DNA of 64,000 nucleotides, from IMG/VR virus record IMGVR_UViG_3300022666_000111, one strand, 5' to 3'. The position numbers were made by a program, and so were the translations under genes. Source of the stretch: a virus (taxonomy: Duplodnaviria; Caudoviricetes). Under the pieces are notes generated by a model. It made no database searches, was not told the origin of the DNA, and was given only the letters and a program-made list of their open reading frames with translations. Shown here one piece after another: positions 9,592-18,715 of the stretch (its first letter is position 1; each line of letters opens with the position of its first letter).

Positions 9592-10100
9592 TTGGTTTCT
9601 GCCTCAAGTAGAGCCCGAACGCGGGCGATCTCTTCGGGGGTATGCACGGTCCCACCTGTGTTGAAATCGAGGTACCATCGGAGGACATCGGCTCGGGTAT
9701 CCAAGTCGTTCACGTGGAACTTGACGCCGTGGTGGCTGCGCATGAACCCCGTAAACTCCGAGCGCTTGTGCCCGAACACGGGGATCTCGTCATGGAGGAA
9801 GCGGAGGAGGGCGTGGAGCCGTTGCTTGCCGTCTACAAGCACGAAGTCCTTGATGTCTCCTTGGGTCCATCCAATGCAGTTGAAAAGGATGTCCCGGCCG
9901 GTGCGACCCCCTCGGAGGATGTGTTCGACGTAGCGGATCTGCTGCTCGTCGACCCATACATGAGGCCGTTGGAAGTCAGGGTCCAGGTTGCAGCCGTACT
10001 TCTCAACGTACCGCTGAAGGCTCGCTTCCAGCCCGTCAAGGGGGACGTCGACGTAGTAGCTTGCGTCGCGGGTGTAGGGCTTGATCTCATCGAAGTTCAT
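9588..10100 (-). CDS. DUF262 (GmrSD/ParB-like) domain protein
   Basis: PDFQRPHVW and LVDGKQRL motifs. Confidence 0.82.
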   Translation of the reverse strand: MNFDEIKPYTRDASYYVDVPLDGLEASLQRYVEKYGCNLDPDFQRPHVWVDEQQIRYVEHILRGGRTGRDILFNCIGWTQGDIKDFVLVDGKQRLHALLRFLHDEIPVFGHKRSEFTGFMRSHHGVKFHVNDLDTRADVLRWYLDFNTGGTVHTPEEIARVRALLEAETK

Positions 10101-10372
10101 TGGACCCTCTGGAGCGCCTCTGTCACGTATTTCTTGCAGGCGGCCTTGGCGTCCTCAATGTCCGTGTAAGGAGGGATGCCCTTGGCGGCGGAATTGAAGA
10201 GGGCGATGCCGTAGGTGTCACAAGCTGCCCACCAGTACCAGCCATTGGGGCATCGGCCGTAGTGGACGTGCCCGACCGCTACGCCCTTGTAGCGAAGGTC
10301 GTAGCCTCGTGGCCCTTGGCTTACGCGGGCGAGGCCCGTTTCGTTCGCTTGCTTTTTCCAAGTGAGGCGCAT
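10097..10372 (-). CDS. hypothetical protein
   Basis: Coupled to neighbours by stop/start overlaps. Confidence 0.55.
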   Translation of the reverse strand: MRLTWKKQANETGLARVSQGPRGYDLRYKGVAVGHVHYGRCPNGWYWWAACDTYGIALFNSAAKGIPPYTDIEDAKAACKKYVTEALQRVQ

Positions 10373-10551
10373 TAGTCTCTCCCGGGGATCGAAACCCAGC
10401 GTTCCGAGCCGTCCTTGGCGTAGGCTTTGTAGAGCACCACCAGCCCGTTGGCCTTGGCGTAGGTGTCACAGGCTTCGCGGCCCTTGGCGACCGTCTTTCC
10501 GTTGACTTGTAGCTGGGGGCCTTTGCGGGTTTCGATGTATTTAGCGAACAT
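10372..10551 (-). CDS. small hypothetical protein (MFAKYIET...)
   Basis: ATG just downstream of the promoter at 10560-10584. Confidence 0.6.
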   Translation of the reverse strand: MFAKYIETRKGPQLQVNGKTVAKGREACDTYAKANGLVVLYKAYAKDGSERWVSIPGRD

Positions 10552-10586
10552 GCCCTCTGTATGCCGGTCAAGGTTGGGGATCAACG
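10549..10586 (-). repeat. 38-bp promoter/start cassette, copy 1
   Basis: 36/38 identical to 51274-51311. Confidence 0.85.
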
Positions 10587-11126
10587 TTATTTGCAGAGCC
10601 AGGCGACGAGAAGTACCAGGAGGCAGGAGACGATCGGGATGGCATAGCCAGCAGGGGCCAGCTTGTCGCCCATATCGGAGATGCGAATGCGTGTGGGGCG
10701 CACAACGGCTGAGCTGAGGAGGAACGTGATGACGAAGGCCGCCTTGAGGGAGATCTGCTGCCAGCCCGTCAAGGGGACGATGTGCCAAGCCCAAACAACC
10801 TTGAGGGTGTATGCCTCAAGGAGGGACACGCCGGGGACCCAGAGGAAGAGGAACGCGATGATCTTCCAGAAGGACGTGAGCCGCGTCATTCGTTGCTGGA
10901 TGTCCTTGGAGGTCTGGAGGATCCGAACCTGTGTGTCTGTGGAGGCAAGCTCCCAAGAATTCCAGGGTATGACGGCACCCCAGAGCCCGTTATCGAGGTG
11001 CTCGATGGTGATGGGAAGCTCCCGTTCAGTGACACATGCTGCCTTGAGCAGGTTCAAGTCACCGGAGCTGGCGAGGACGTGGTAACGGTGGAGAGATGCG
11101 TCAACGTGGATTTTGAAGTCAGGCAT
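10587..11126 (-). CDS. membrane protein
   Basis: Several C-terminal TM segments; GGTGTAG 9 nt upstream. Confidence 0.6.
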   Translation of the reverse strand: MPDFKIHVDASLHRYHVLASSGDLNLLKAACVTERELPITIEHLDNGLWGAVIPWNSWELASTDTQVRILQTSKDIQQRMTRLTSFWKIIAFLFLWVPGVSLLEAYTLKVVWAWHIVPLTGWQQISLKAAFVITFLLSSAVVRPTRIRISDMGDKLAPAGYAIPIVSCLLVLLVAWLCK

Positions 11127-11135
11127 ACCGGGGAT

Positions 11136-11411
11136 CTACACCGGGAATCGGTACCACACGAAGCCATGCTCGGTACATTCGGCGACCCCGAGGTTCCCCT
11201 CGAGCTTGAGGTGGCGTACGTCCCCACCCTCCTTGCACATCGGGCAGGGCGCCTTGAAGGAGGCGAGAACCTTGGCGGTCCCACCCCCGGCTTCTGGCGG
11301 GACCTTAACCCAATCGGGGACGTCTCCCCCAAGCAGGAGCATTGTGGGGTCGTCACGGCCAATGGCTGCGACGTCTCCGGGGCGGCGGTTGAACCATTCG
11401 GTTGCCATCAT
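11136..11411 (-). CDS. Zn-ribbon hypothetical protein
   Basis: CPMC...CTEH. Confidence 0.5.
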   Translation of the reverse strand: MMATEWFNRRPGDVAAIGRDDPTMLLLGGDVPDWVKVPPEAGGGTAKVLASFKAPCPMCKEGGDVRHLKLEGNLGVAECTEHGFVWYRFPV

Positions 11412-11701
11412 GACTCCTTCGAGAAGACCACCAGGGCGGCGGCCAAGATATGCTTGCAGCGGATCTGACGCTTGGCGAAGTCGCCGCAGGTGCATTCGCT
11501 GCGGTGTGACTTCTTGACTAGCTTGACGAGGTAGCGGTGACCCTCGCTACCCTCGACCACAAAGATGTCCTTGTCTTGAGTTGCCTCAACATTCGCCACC
11601 AGGGCCTTCGCGCGCTCGAGGCGGTCGGCCAATTCGGGGGCGACCTTGGTCCAGCGAGCTGCGGTGGCGTTTACGGCGGCGGCGGTGGGGGCGTTCATCA
11701 T
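11408..11701 (-). CDS. SWIM zinc-finger protein
   Basis: CTCGDF...CKHI; promoter at 11710-11734. Confidence 0.82.
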   Translation of the reverse strand: MMNAPTAAAVNATAARWTKVAPELADRLERAKALVANVEATQDKDIFVVEGSEGHRYLVKLVKKSHRSECTCGDFAKRQIRCKHILAAALVVFSKES

Positions 11702-11708
11702 GCCCCTG

Positions 11709-12395
11709 TTATGCCGCGACGACGACGCGATCAACACTTTTCGTTGACTCGAGGAACTCCTCCCGGAGATCCTCGAGCCTGTGTTGGGGGTAGGTCAAAC
11801 GCAAGGAGGCGAAGTCCGCCAACGGGCGGGTAGCCAATGCGAAGTAGGTGGTCCTCTTCGAGATGAACCCGGTAAGGGCCACCTCTTCCGGAAGGGCCAC
11901 ACGAGACCGCTCACTCCAAAAGGGGTTGGATGTGAGGAAAAGGACGTGGGCTTGGACCCCCTCGACTTCAAGCAGGATCGCCCAATGCTCGGAACAGCCA
12001 TCGTAGTGCCGCAACACGGTGCCTGGGGCGAATCTATCGGGCGGTGCTGGGGGAGCCTCAACGCGATTGGCGAGGGCCTTCTTTGCGATGCCCCAGCATT
12101 CGTCAACGTTCCGCGCCATCACTTCGTACAAGGCGATGACGTTGTAGTGCTCACGGATGCTGGCCTCTCGGCTCTTCTTGGCCACGAAGATGGCCAGATG
12201 GTTTCGTACCCTGTGAAGCCCGTAGATCCACGGCTTGGGGGTTTGCTTGGGGCGGGCTTTCTTCTCGGGGAGCTGACTGTCAAGCGCCTTGTTGTAGGGA
12301 CGGATGTACGTTGAGCAGAAGGCGCAGACTACCTTAGCGTCCTTCACGTAGGTGTAGCTGGCTTGACAAGATGGACATACGTCGGCGGTCTCCAT
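11709..12395 (-). CDS. hypothetical protein with N-terminal Zn-ribbon
   Basis: CPSC...CAFC; GGAGG before METAD. Confidence 0.55.
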   Translation of the reverse strand: METADVCPSCQASYTYVKDAKVVCAFCSTYIRPYNKALDSQLPEKKARPKQTPKPWIYGLHRVRNHLAIFVAKKSREASIREHYNVIALYEVMARNVDECWGIAKKALANRVEAPPAPPDRFAPGTVLRHYDGCSEHWAILLEVEGVQAHVLFLTSNPFWSERSRVALPEEVALTGFISKRTTYFALATRPLADFASLRLTYPQHRLEDLREEFLESTKSVDRVVVAA

Positions 12396-12687
12396 AGAGC
12401 CTCCTTCATCCGCTTTTGGCGGGGCGTCGTAGTTATGCCGGAGGCCGCACAAGATCAACGACTTGTCGGGTCCCAACCGCTTTTGATTGCGCCTTGGACG
12501 ATCCTGGTGACGTCGCTGGGGGTCACCGTGCCGTAGACCGTGAATTGCTTAGGTTTGCCGGGCCGGTCCACGTCTTCTTGGACCGTGAGGATAGACTTGC
12601 TGGGGTCGAGCTTATCAAGCCGAGCCATCCAGCGGTAGGTCCTGCCGTTGATCTCAATGCCGCGACTTGCTTTTCGGGGGATTCCCA

Positions 12688-13320
12688 TCAAACACGCTCC
12701 CAACGCGCACGGTATTCCTGCGCATATTCCAGGTGGTAATGCACACGATCGTTATGCTGCATGATGCCCCGAGCCATTATGTGCCCAATGGCCCCAAGCA
12801 GCTCAAACCGACTCAAACCTTGGAGGGCGGGGAGGAGTACTTCCGGGGGATCTTTGAAACACGCCCGGTCTAGCTGCATGAAGGCCAGGGATGCCGGAAG
12901 GTCCTCCGGGACGTCAACACGAGGAACGTCGACGGCGTGTGGGGGCACCTCGGTGTCCACGGGGGTTACGGCGTGTCGCAGCCCTACCGGAACAGCCTCA
13001 AGGGCAGGGTCCTTGCCCGTCAGGATAAGGACATCGGCAAAGTGAATGTCCTCCCTACATCGGGCCACACACTGTACGATTTCATCCGAGAGCGTGCCTG
13101 TGGTGAGTAAGACGTGTTGACGCAACATGAGCGTTTTACGACGCGCCTCAAGGATTTCCGAGACTTGTGCTATGGCGCATTGCTGCACCTTAGCTCCGTA
13201 GGCCGATCCGTGGTGAAACGCCCCACAGAGGTCATTGTGTAACTCTTGGGGATCCTCCGAGCGTACGTAAATGATCGGCTGTAGCCCGCGTAGGTAGGTT
13301 CTGAGAAGGGTGGGTAACAT
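12688..13320 (-). CDS. hypothetical protein
   Basis: 210-aa ORF with AGGAG and an upstream GGTGTAG. Confidence 0.55.
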   Translation of the reverse strand: MLPTLLRTYLRGLQPIIYVRSEDPQELHNDLCGAFHHGSAYGAKVQQCAIAQVSEILEARRKTLMLRQHVLLTTGTLSDEIVQCVARCREDIHFADVLILTGKDPALEAVPVGLRHAVTPVDTEVPPHAVDVPRVDVPEDLPASLAFMQLDRACFKDPPEVLLPALQGLSRFELLGAIGHIMARGIMQHNDRVHYHLEYAQEYRARWERV

Positions 13321-13337
13321 GTGGGCTCCTGCTGGTA

Positions 13338-13802
13338 CTACACCGCGCGCTTCTGGTCGCGCTCGTAGGACATCTTGACGGCGTGCTCTTCGGGGCTGAG
13401 GGTGATGGTGCTATCAGGGCTGCCGTTCCAGTAAGGCTCCAGCCCGGCTGCCTCGAGGGCTGCCAAGACCAGGGCGCCGACCTTGGTGGTGTCAAGCCCG
13501 ATCGGGCCGAGCTGCTGGCTGTCAAGCTGGCCGAACCGGATGTGAAGGGTCTCTCCATCCAAGAAGCTCTCGGTGTCTTGGTGGTGGTAGAACACCGAAC
13601 CGTTGACCTTCTTGCCCTTGTTGACGCGAATGACGGCGTCTTCAGTGATCGCGTAGCCTGCGCAAGAGGAGCAGCATTCGTAGTTCTGCCTGGCGATCAG
13701 GCCCATGGCGCGCATTGCCGCGAATGCCTTGTTGAGGCGGTACTTCATGTCGGTAACGGCGCTGGTGATTTCGTAGCTGGGGCGGTAGTGGTGGCGGCTC
13801 AT
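13338..13802 (-). CDS. DUF6891-like protein
   Basis: AFAAM..GLIARQNYECCSSC; FYHHQD; WNGS; promoter at 13811-13835. Confidence 0.65.
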   Translation of the reverse strand: MSRHHYRPSYEITSAVTDMKYRLNKAFAAMRAMGLIARQNYECCSSCAGYAITEDAVIRVNKGKKVNGSVFYHHQDTESFLDGETLHIRFGQLDSQQLGPIGLDTTKVGALVLAALEAAGLEPYWNGSPDSTITLSPEEHAVKMSYERDQKRAV

Positions 13803-13810
13803 GCCCTATG

Positions 13811-13843
13811 TATGCCGGGGCAGGCAGGGGATCAACGGTGTAG
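13811..13843. promoter_or_regulatory. back-to-back promoters (bipartite on minus, GGTGTAG on plus)
   Basis: Positioned just upstream of ATGs at 13802 and 13852. Confidence 0.7.
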
Positions 13844-13851
13844 CGACATCC

Positions 13852-14187
13852 ATGTCGAGAAAATTCGAGACCGCCTTGCGGCGCAAGGGGCTCCGAGACC
13901 GGGCCGTTGCACATCTAGGCGGGAAGTGCCTGATTTGCGGCTACGACAAATGCTCCGAAGGGTTTGACTTTCACCATGTCGACCCGATGGGCAAGGACTT
14001 CACGATCTCGAACAAGATGACCTCGTGGGCGCGAATCCTTCCGGAGCTTTCCAAATGCGTGCTCCTTTGCTGTAGGTGTCACCGTGAGGTCCATGCGGGT
14101 TGGCACGTCGGCTTTCTTGCCACGGAGCCCGCCCATAGTGAACCTGCCGTAGGAGGCATCTCGGTCCAGCTCGATTTGGTTCGTTAA
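13852..14187 (+). CDS. HNH endonuclease-like protein
   Basis: GGKCLICGYDKC..FDFHHVDP...KCVLLCCRCHREVH. Confidence 0.82.
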   Translation: MSRKFETALRRKGLRDRAVAHLGGKCLICGYDKCSEGFDFHHVDPMGKDFTISNKMTSWARILPELSKCVLLCCRCHREVHAGWHVGFLATEPAHSEPAVGGISVQLDLVR

Positions 14188-14210
14188 TCTCCATGGTTAG
14201 CTGATCAGGT

Positions 14211-14453
14211 ATGAGCAGCGTGCATCGCCTAATCCGAGCCTCCCAAGCGGTAACACCGCTCGCCGAGGTTCGCTTCAAGGGTATCCCCGACCGAGAGGAT
14301 TGGGTAGTGTGTCAGGTCTTGGCCGGTGGGGTCATCCTTGCGGAGTCAGCGGCGGGGCCGGTGGATACTGTCATGGAGGACGTGATTGGGCGGCTCGAGA
14401 AGATGAGTCAGCGGATCCACCTTGCGGCGGTTAGGGAGGAAGAGGAGGGCTAA
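14211..14453 (+). CDS. hypothetical protein
   Basis: ORF filling an intergenic gap. Confidence 0.5.
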   Translation: MSSVHRLIRASQAVTPLAEVRFKGIPDREDWVVCQVLAGGVILAESAAGPVDTVMEDVIGRLEKMSQRIHLAAVREEEEG

Positions 14454-14914
14454 GCCCAGGTGATGTGTGTGGCACCCCTCTTGACGAGAACTTCAACGTT
14501 CTCCGCGAGCTGGGCTAGGCGGCGGGAGAGGTACTCCTCGTCGATGCCTTGGCTGTAGACACGGACGGGGCGAAGCTCAATTGTCCCGTCGCCGTTGTCA
14601 CGGGGTTTGCCGTATTCGATCTCCGTAGCGCGGGTGCAGGCGCCCGCCTTGGAGTCGAAGGTGTTGACAGCGCGCATGATGGCGCGCCGCATCTCGGGGA
14701 CAGTGACCTCCCCGACCATACCGTCGGGACCCATGGGCTCGAAGCCCAGCAGCTTCAGGAGCGCTGATGCATTCATATTTGAGAGGTTGAGGTCGAGGAT
14801 GTCCTCATCGCCCTCGCCCATGTGTACGGTCGTGGGGATTGTGTGGGTTTCCCCGGAGGAGAAGTTCACGGTGCGGGTGACGTTGTGGTTGGTGCCGTAG
14901 AAGGTGACGCTCAT
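14450..14914 (-). CDS. hypothetical protein
   Basis: Promoter at 14923-14947; LNLSNMNA motif. Confidence 0.65.
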   Translation of the reverse strand: MSVTFYGTNHNVTRTVNFSSGETHTIPTTVHMGEGDEDILDLNLSNMNASALLKLLGFEPMGPDGMVGEVTVPEMRRAIMRAVNTFDSKAGACTRATEIEYGKPRDNGDGTIELRPVRVYSQGIDEEYLSRRLAQLAENVEVLVKRGATHITWA

Positions 14915-14943
14915 GTCCCTAGTATGCCGAGGGTCCTTGGCGA

Positions 14944-15417
14944 TCAACAGAATCTTGCGAGGTCCTTTTGAAGGTCCAGGCTTCGAGGGCATTCGTCAAG
15001 GAGGTGGAGGACCCGCTGAAGCTCTCGAGGTGGAACCTCTTGCAGGACGTTCTTGGCATCCAAGAGCTGCTCGATAGCATACTCAGGGTCTTCCAGTACG
15101 TAGCCCGGATGGCTACGCCGACTACGGCGGGCTGTGCCCCTACAGTAGTTGTAGAACTCATTGTGAAGGGCCGTCCACAAAGTATCACGGAACGCCCGCT
15201 TTGGGCGGCTCAACCAGACCTCTGACTCCAAGAGGCGGAGGAAGAGATGCTGAACGACGTCGTCCAAGTCCTCGGGGTTCTCAAGGTAGGCCAAGGTCCA
15301 TACACGGACAGCCTCCTGACAAGTCACGATGAATTCGTTCGCGGTGAGAGGGGCGACTCGGAGGGGAGTGAAGAGCCTTCTGGCTTGTCTATAGGATTCG
15401 TAGTCTGTTACGTTCAT
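14944..15417 (-). CDS. ECF sigma-factor region-2-like protein
   Basis: EDLDDVVQHLFLRLL...ALHNEFYNYCR resembles sigma70 region 2; region 4 appears absent. Confidence 0.5.
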   Translation of the reverse strand: MNVTDYESYRQARRLFTPLRVAPLTANEFIVTCQEAVRVWTLAYLENPEDLDDVVQHLFLRLLESEVWLSRPKRAFRDTLWTALHNEFYNYCRGTARRSRRSHPGYVLEDPEYAIEQLLDAKNVLQEVPPRELQRVLHLLDECPRSLDLQKDLARFC

Positions 15418-15515
15418 GCAGGTGAGTACACCGATGAATCGTTCAGATCAACAGAATCTTGCAGGCGACGGCGTTCGGATGCCTTGAGCTTCCAGGAGGT
15501 GCGGGCTCCATTCAG
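15414..15515 (-). pseudogene. displaced native 3' end of gene 15982-16131
   Basis: Reads LNGARTSWKLKASERRRLQ, aligning with VCGAKVKHQLRPSERRKIQ. Confidence 0.65.
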
Positions 15516-15551
15516 ATGCCTTGATTAATCTACTTGTAATTCTGATGAGGC

Positions 15552-16049
15552 ATGCCACAGAAGATTTGCTTTAAGTGTAAGCTGCCCAAAGACCTTGAGA
15601 GTGAGTTCTTCAGGTGCCGGTCACGTGGGGATGGTCGTGGGGCGTGGTGCAAAGACTGTACCGTGAAGTACAATAAGGCCCGGCGAAAAGCCGATCCAGA
15701 GGGGACGTCAGAGCATTCCCGGTGGTACTTCCTCGGCTGGAAATACGGGATGACGCGGGAGCAGTACGAGCGGATGTTCGAAGCACAGGGCGGATGTTGT
15801 GCTATTTGCCGGATTCCCGACGCCCAGGCGAATCGCCCAGGCAAACAGCGCAACAGTCAGAGTAGTCGCGGTCTTTGTGTTGACCATGATCACCAAACCG
15901 GCGTTGTTCGCGGACTCTTGTGTAACACCTGCAATCGAGCCATTGGATATCTCAAGGACAGCCCGGAGGTTTTACTGCGTGCTATGTTATATCTTCAAGC
16001 AGCTCGCGCTGGATCTTGCGACGCTCTGACGGACGGAGCTGGTGTTTAA
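15552..16049 (+). CDS. endonuclease VII-family homing endonuclease
   Basis: KYGMT..QY..M...QGGCCAIC; VDHDHQTG.VRGLLCNTCN..IG. Confidence 0.9.
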   Translation: MPQKICFKCKLPKDLESEFFRCRSRGDGRGAWCKDCTVKYNKARRKADPEGTSEHSRWYFLGWKYGMTREQYERMFEAQGGCCAICRIPDAQANRPGKQRNSQSSRGLCVDHDHQTGVVRGLLCNTCNRAIGYLKDSPEVLLRAMLYLQAARAGSCDALTDGAGV

Positions 16050-16131
16050 CCTTAGCCCCACATACTTTCCAGTATTTGCACATGATGCATCCGGATCGGC
16101 GATTCTTGGGGCGCTTTCGTTTGTGGTGCAT
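15982..16131 (-). CDS. small basic Cys protein with recoded C-terminus
   Basis: MHHKRKRPKNRRSGCIMCKYWK; GGAG upstream. Confidence 0.6.
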   Translation of the reverse strand: MHHKRKRPKNRRSGCIMCKYWKVCGAKVKHQLRPSERRKIQRELLEDIT

Positions 16132-16223
16132 GTTATCTCCTTGACCGGCGCAACCGGCGCGGTCATGAAGAACCAGAGGAAGCGGATGTCCATTATCATG
16201 CCCCGGGGCATAGCATTGAAAGA

Positions 16224-16712
16224 CTAGGTTGGCACGCCTTCTCTTGTGCGGGTGATGTCGGATCCTCTTCGGGTGGCGAGCACAAGCCAGGTTCCAGGCG
16301 ACTTGGCGACGACTTCTTGAGCCATATCGCGCTGCATATACCGGACACCCCCATCGCTTTGCTGCCCTGGCCCATGGACTTCCCACCAGATCCCTTCAGC
16401 ATCCCACATGGTCCCTGCGTCCCGGAAGCCCGCCTCATGGACGTTGAAGAAGCTGAAGGGGGCGTCGTAAGGGTAGTTGTCCCCATTGTCATGGGCGATG
16501 AAGATCGTGCCCCCACGGGTGAAAGCCCACAAGCGATCCGTGAGCCAATCGACGTAGGTGTCATCGGAGCGGCTTTGGTACTGCTTGATGACAGCCCGCA
16601 TGGCGTCGCGGTCCTGCGTGACGGAGGCGAGGAATGCCTCCTCATAGCGAAAGTTTCGGACGGTGAACAGCTCACGCGTCTCAAGGTTCACGACGAAGGC
16701 GTCAACTCCCAT
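16224..16712 (-). CDS. hypothetical protein
   Basis: AGGAG RBS; codon bias. Confidence 0.55.
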   Translation of the reverse strand: MGVDAFVVNLETRELFTVRNFRYEEAFLASVTQDRDAMRAVIKQYQSRSDDTYVDWLTDRLWAFTRGGTIFIAHDNGDNYPYDAPFSFFNVHEAGFRDAGTMWDAEGIWWEVHGPGQQSDGGVRYMQRDMAQEVVAKSPGTWLVLATRRGSDITRTREGVPT

Positions 16713-17049
16713 GGGGGTCTCCTAGTGCGTCATCCATTGCGTTCATCTTGACCCGAAGGGGGTCGTAGTACTTCTTGGGCGGCGTTCCGTCCAGCTTGGC
16801 GGAGACGGTTCGCCCACACTTTCGACACAGATAGAACCGGCCGAAGGTCCCATCCCGGAGGGTCATGTGGCGCCCGCAATCCGGGCAAGGAAGGTCCTTC
16901 ACAGCGCGGTCCGGGGCGATGTGCTCCTTGGCTATTTGCAGACGGTGGATGGCATCCCTTTTGGCAGGAGATACCTCCTTCCAGAATGCAATCATCTTGA
17001 GCTGCTTTTCCGTCTTGGGCTTTTCCGTCTTGGGCTTAGGCTTTTTCAT
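16702..17049 (-). CDS. Zn-ribbon protein (topoisomerase C4-type finger)
   Basis: CPDCGRHMTLRDGTFGRFYLCRKC. Confidence 0.6.
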   Translation of the reverse strand: MKKPKPKTEKPKTEKQLKMIAFWKEVSPAKRDAIHRLQIAKEHIAPDRAVKDLPCPDCGRHMTLRDGTFGRFYLCRKCGRTVSAKLDGTPPKKYYDPLRVKMNAMDDALGDPHGS

Positions 17050-17527
17050 CGAACATGCCATCCGATTCTTCGAGCAGGTCGAAAGCGTCGGACATCCCGG
17101 GGAACGTCTCTTTGAGAAGGCCAATGAGCTTGAGGCATTGCTCCGTGTTGAACTTGGCGATGTGCGCGTCGTCTGGGTGGATGGCCATGTTGATGGCCAT
17201 CCAGAAGTAGGCGTCATCACGATTCCTGAAGACCTTGTGGGGGCTGTCCGGCCGCCAAAGCCGGTCGAGGTAGTGGTGCGCGCGTTGCCTTGCGACACGG
17301 GTAAGTTTGTCAGCGGGGACGCCAAAGGGCTCCCCATCCGGGTGGGCTCCATGTGAGCCTCGGCATCGAGGGTAGTTCGAGCACCCGTAGAATTGCCCGT
17401 AGCGTGACGTCTTGAGGCGCAGCATACCATCGCAGCCAGGCTCGGGGCATTTGAGGTCTGTGCGTTCCTTGGGCCAAAGTAACTCGAGGCCCAGGTCATC
17501 GTCGTCAAAGGGGTTTTCGGCGAGCAT
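17036..17527 (-). CDS. topoisomerase C4 zinc finger / DUF3268-like protein
   Basis: CPEPGC..M.LK..RYGQFYGCSNYPRC; GVPAD..R..R..AH..LDRLW. Confidence 0.72.
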   Translation of the reverse strand: MLAENPFDDDDLGLELLWPKERTDLKCPEPGCDGMLRLKTSRYGQFYGCSNYPRCRGSHGAHPDGEPFGVPADKLTRVARQRAHHYLDRLWRPDSPHKVFRNRDDAYFWMAINMAIHPDDAHIAKFNTEQCLKLIGLLKETFPGMSDAFDLLEESDGMFDEKA

Positions 17528-18104
17528 CCCCTGGCTCTACACCGTGTTCCTCCGGGATTCGGAAAACATCGTCCAGGGTAATGATGACAGCTTCACCGTT
17601 GCGCATGATCTTCACGCGGGTCTTGTCATCGGCCTCACGGTAGATCTCGTAGTCGGATGGGAGGTTGCCGGATCGGTAGTGCCACTCAAGGGCGAAGAGG
17701 GCGTGGATGCCCGTTCCCGCCAACGTCACGCCACGCACGACGCGATCGATCAGGGACATAGGGAATGCCCGCATCATTCCCTTGAGGTCTGCGGCCGGTA
17801 GGTTGAGGCCGTCAATGATGAATTCGACGAGCCCCGCGACATCCTGGTTACGATAAGCATCGTACCAGTGACGCATGTAGCCGTGGATCCCACGCGTGAC
17901 GAGCTGCGTGAGCATCTCACTTGTTACTACGGGGTGGGGGCCAAGTGACGCCATGTAGGTGCGCATGTCAAACGTGGCCTTGGCAGCGGCGTCTTCAAGT
18001 CCGTAGGTGTAGTCTCGGGGCTTCCCCTCAAAGACAATGAGGGGTTTACCTGACGACCCTTGTAGCTCGTTCCAGAATGAATCGAAGTCGTCATCCATGT
18101 TCAT
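17505..18104 (-). CDS. hypothetical protein
   Basis: Acidic N-terminus MNMDDDFDSFWNEL. Confidence 0.55.
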   Translation of the reverse strand: MNMDDDFDSFWNELQGSSGKPLIVFEGKPRDYTYGLEDAAAKATFDMRTYMASLGPHPVVTSEMLTQLVTRGIHGYMRHWYDAYRNQDVAGLVEFIIDGLNLPAADLKGMMRAFPMSLIDRVVRGVTLAGTGIHALFALEWHYRSGNLPSDYEIYREADDKTRVKIMRNGEAVIITLDDVFRIPEEHGVEPGDARRKPL

Positions 18105-18537
18105 CGGACACCTCAAGGACCTTCGGAGGGAACCAATCCGGCACTAGCGCATCCGGGCTGAACCCATAGGAAACCCAAAGGGGTGGCTCATCAATCCCGA
18201 TGATCCTTGAGCCCATCTGGATGTGCGAGATTGCCTTGACCACGAAGTCGTAGAGCCCCGGTCGCGTGTTGAGCTGCGTCAAAATGTGCTTGGCCGCAAC
18301 GCGGAGCGTTTCGACGCCCCAGGCAACATGCGTCGGAGGTAAGATTAGGTGAACCTTCCGGTACGTCCCATCTGTCGGCCGTGCAAGCCAGATCGCAAGG
18401 ATAATCACGGAGAGGAAGCGCTTCCGATTGAATGTGCTCTCCCGGAACCCTCGCATCAGCGGCTCGTTGTAAAGGGCAAGTTGTTCGTCAGTCGGGGCGA
18501 AGCCCATCATCTCTTCGTGGAATTGCGCAAGGTCCAT
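18091..18537 (-). CDS. hypothetical protein
   Basis: GGTGTAG 11 nt before MDLAQ. Confidence 0.55.
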   Translation of the reverse strand: MDLAQFHEEMMGFAPTDEQLALYNEPLMRGFRESTFNRKRFLSVIILAIWLARPTDGTYRKVHLILPPTHVAWGVETLRVAAKHILTQLNTRPGLYDFVVKAISHIQMGSRIIGIDEPPLWVSYGFSPDALVPDWFPPKVLEVSDEHG

Positions 18538-18715
18538 CGTGCGTTCCTCTACACCGCTGGTGTAGGTGGTGAGGCTAGACGTTTGTTGCTTCGACGGCAA
18601 CCCTCATGTATATGATCCCCTTCCAGGATCCCAAAGCCCAGAAAGGATGGCGATGGCAAGTGGCGAAGGGATCGGCAACGTCGAGCAACGACGCCCAACC
18701 CTCAAGGAGATTGTA

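Noticed and set aside
14164-14187. QLDL clamp-binding-like motif at the end of the HNH protein
   Set aside because: Single instance lacking the terminal aromatic residue; too weak.
14943-15462. Direct repeat ATCAACAGAATCTTGC at 14943 and 15447 as a target-site duplication
   Set aside because: It overlaps the shared -35 promoter box, and the enclosed gene is not a recognisable mobile element; counted as promoter similarity.
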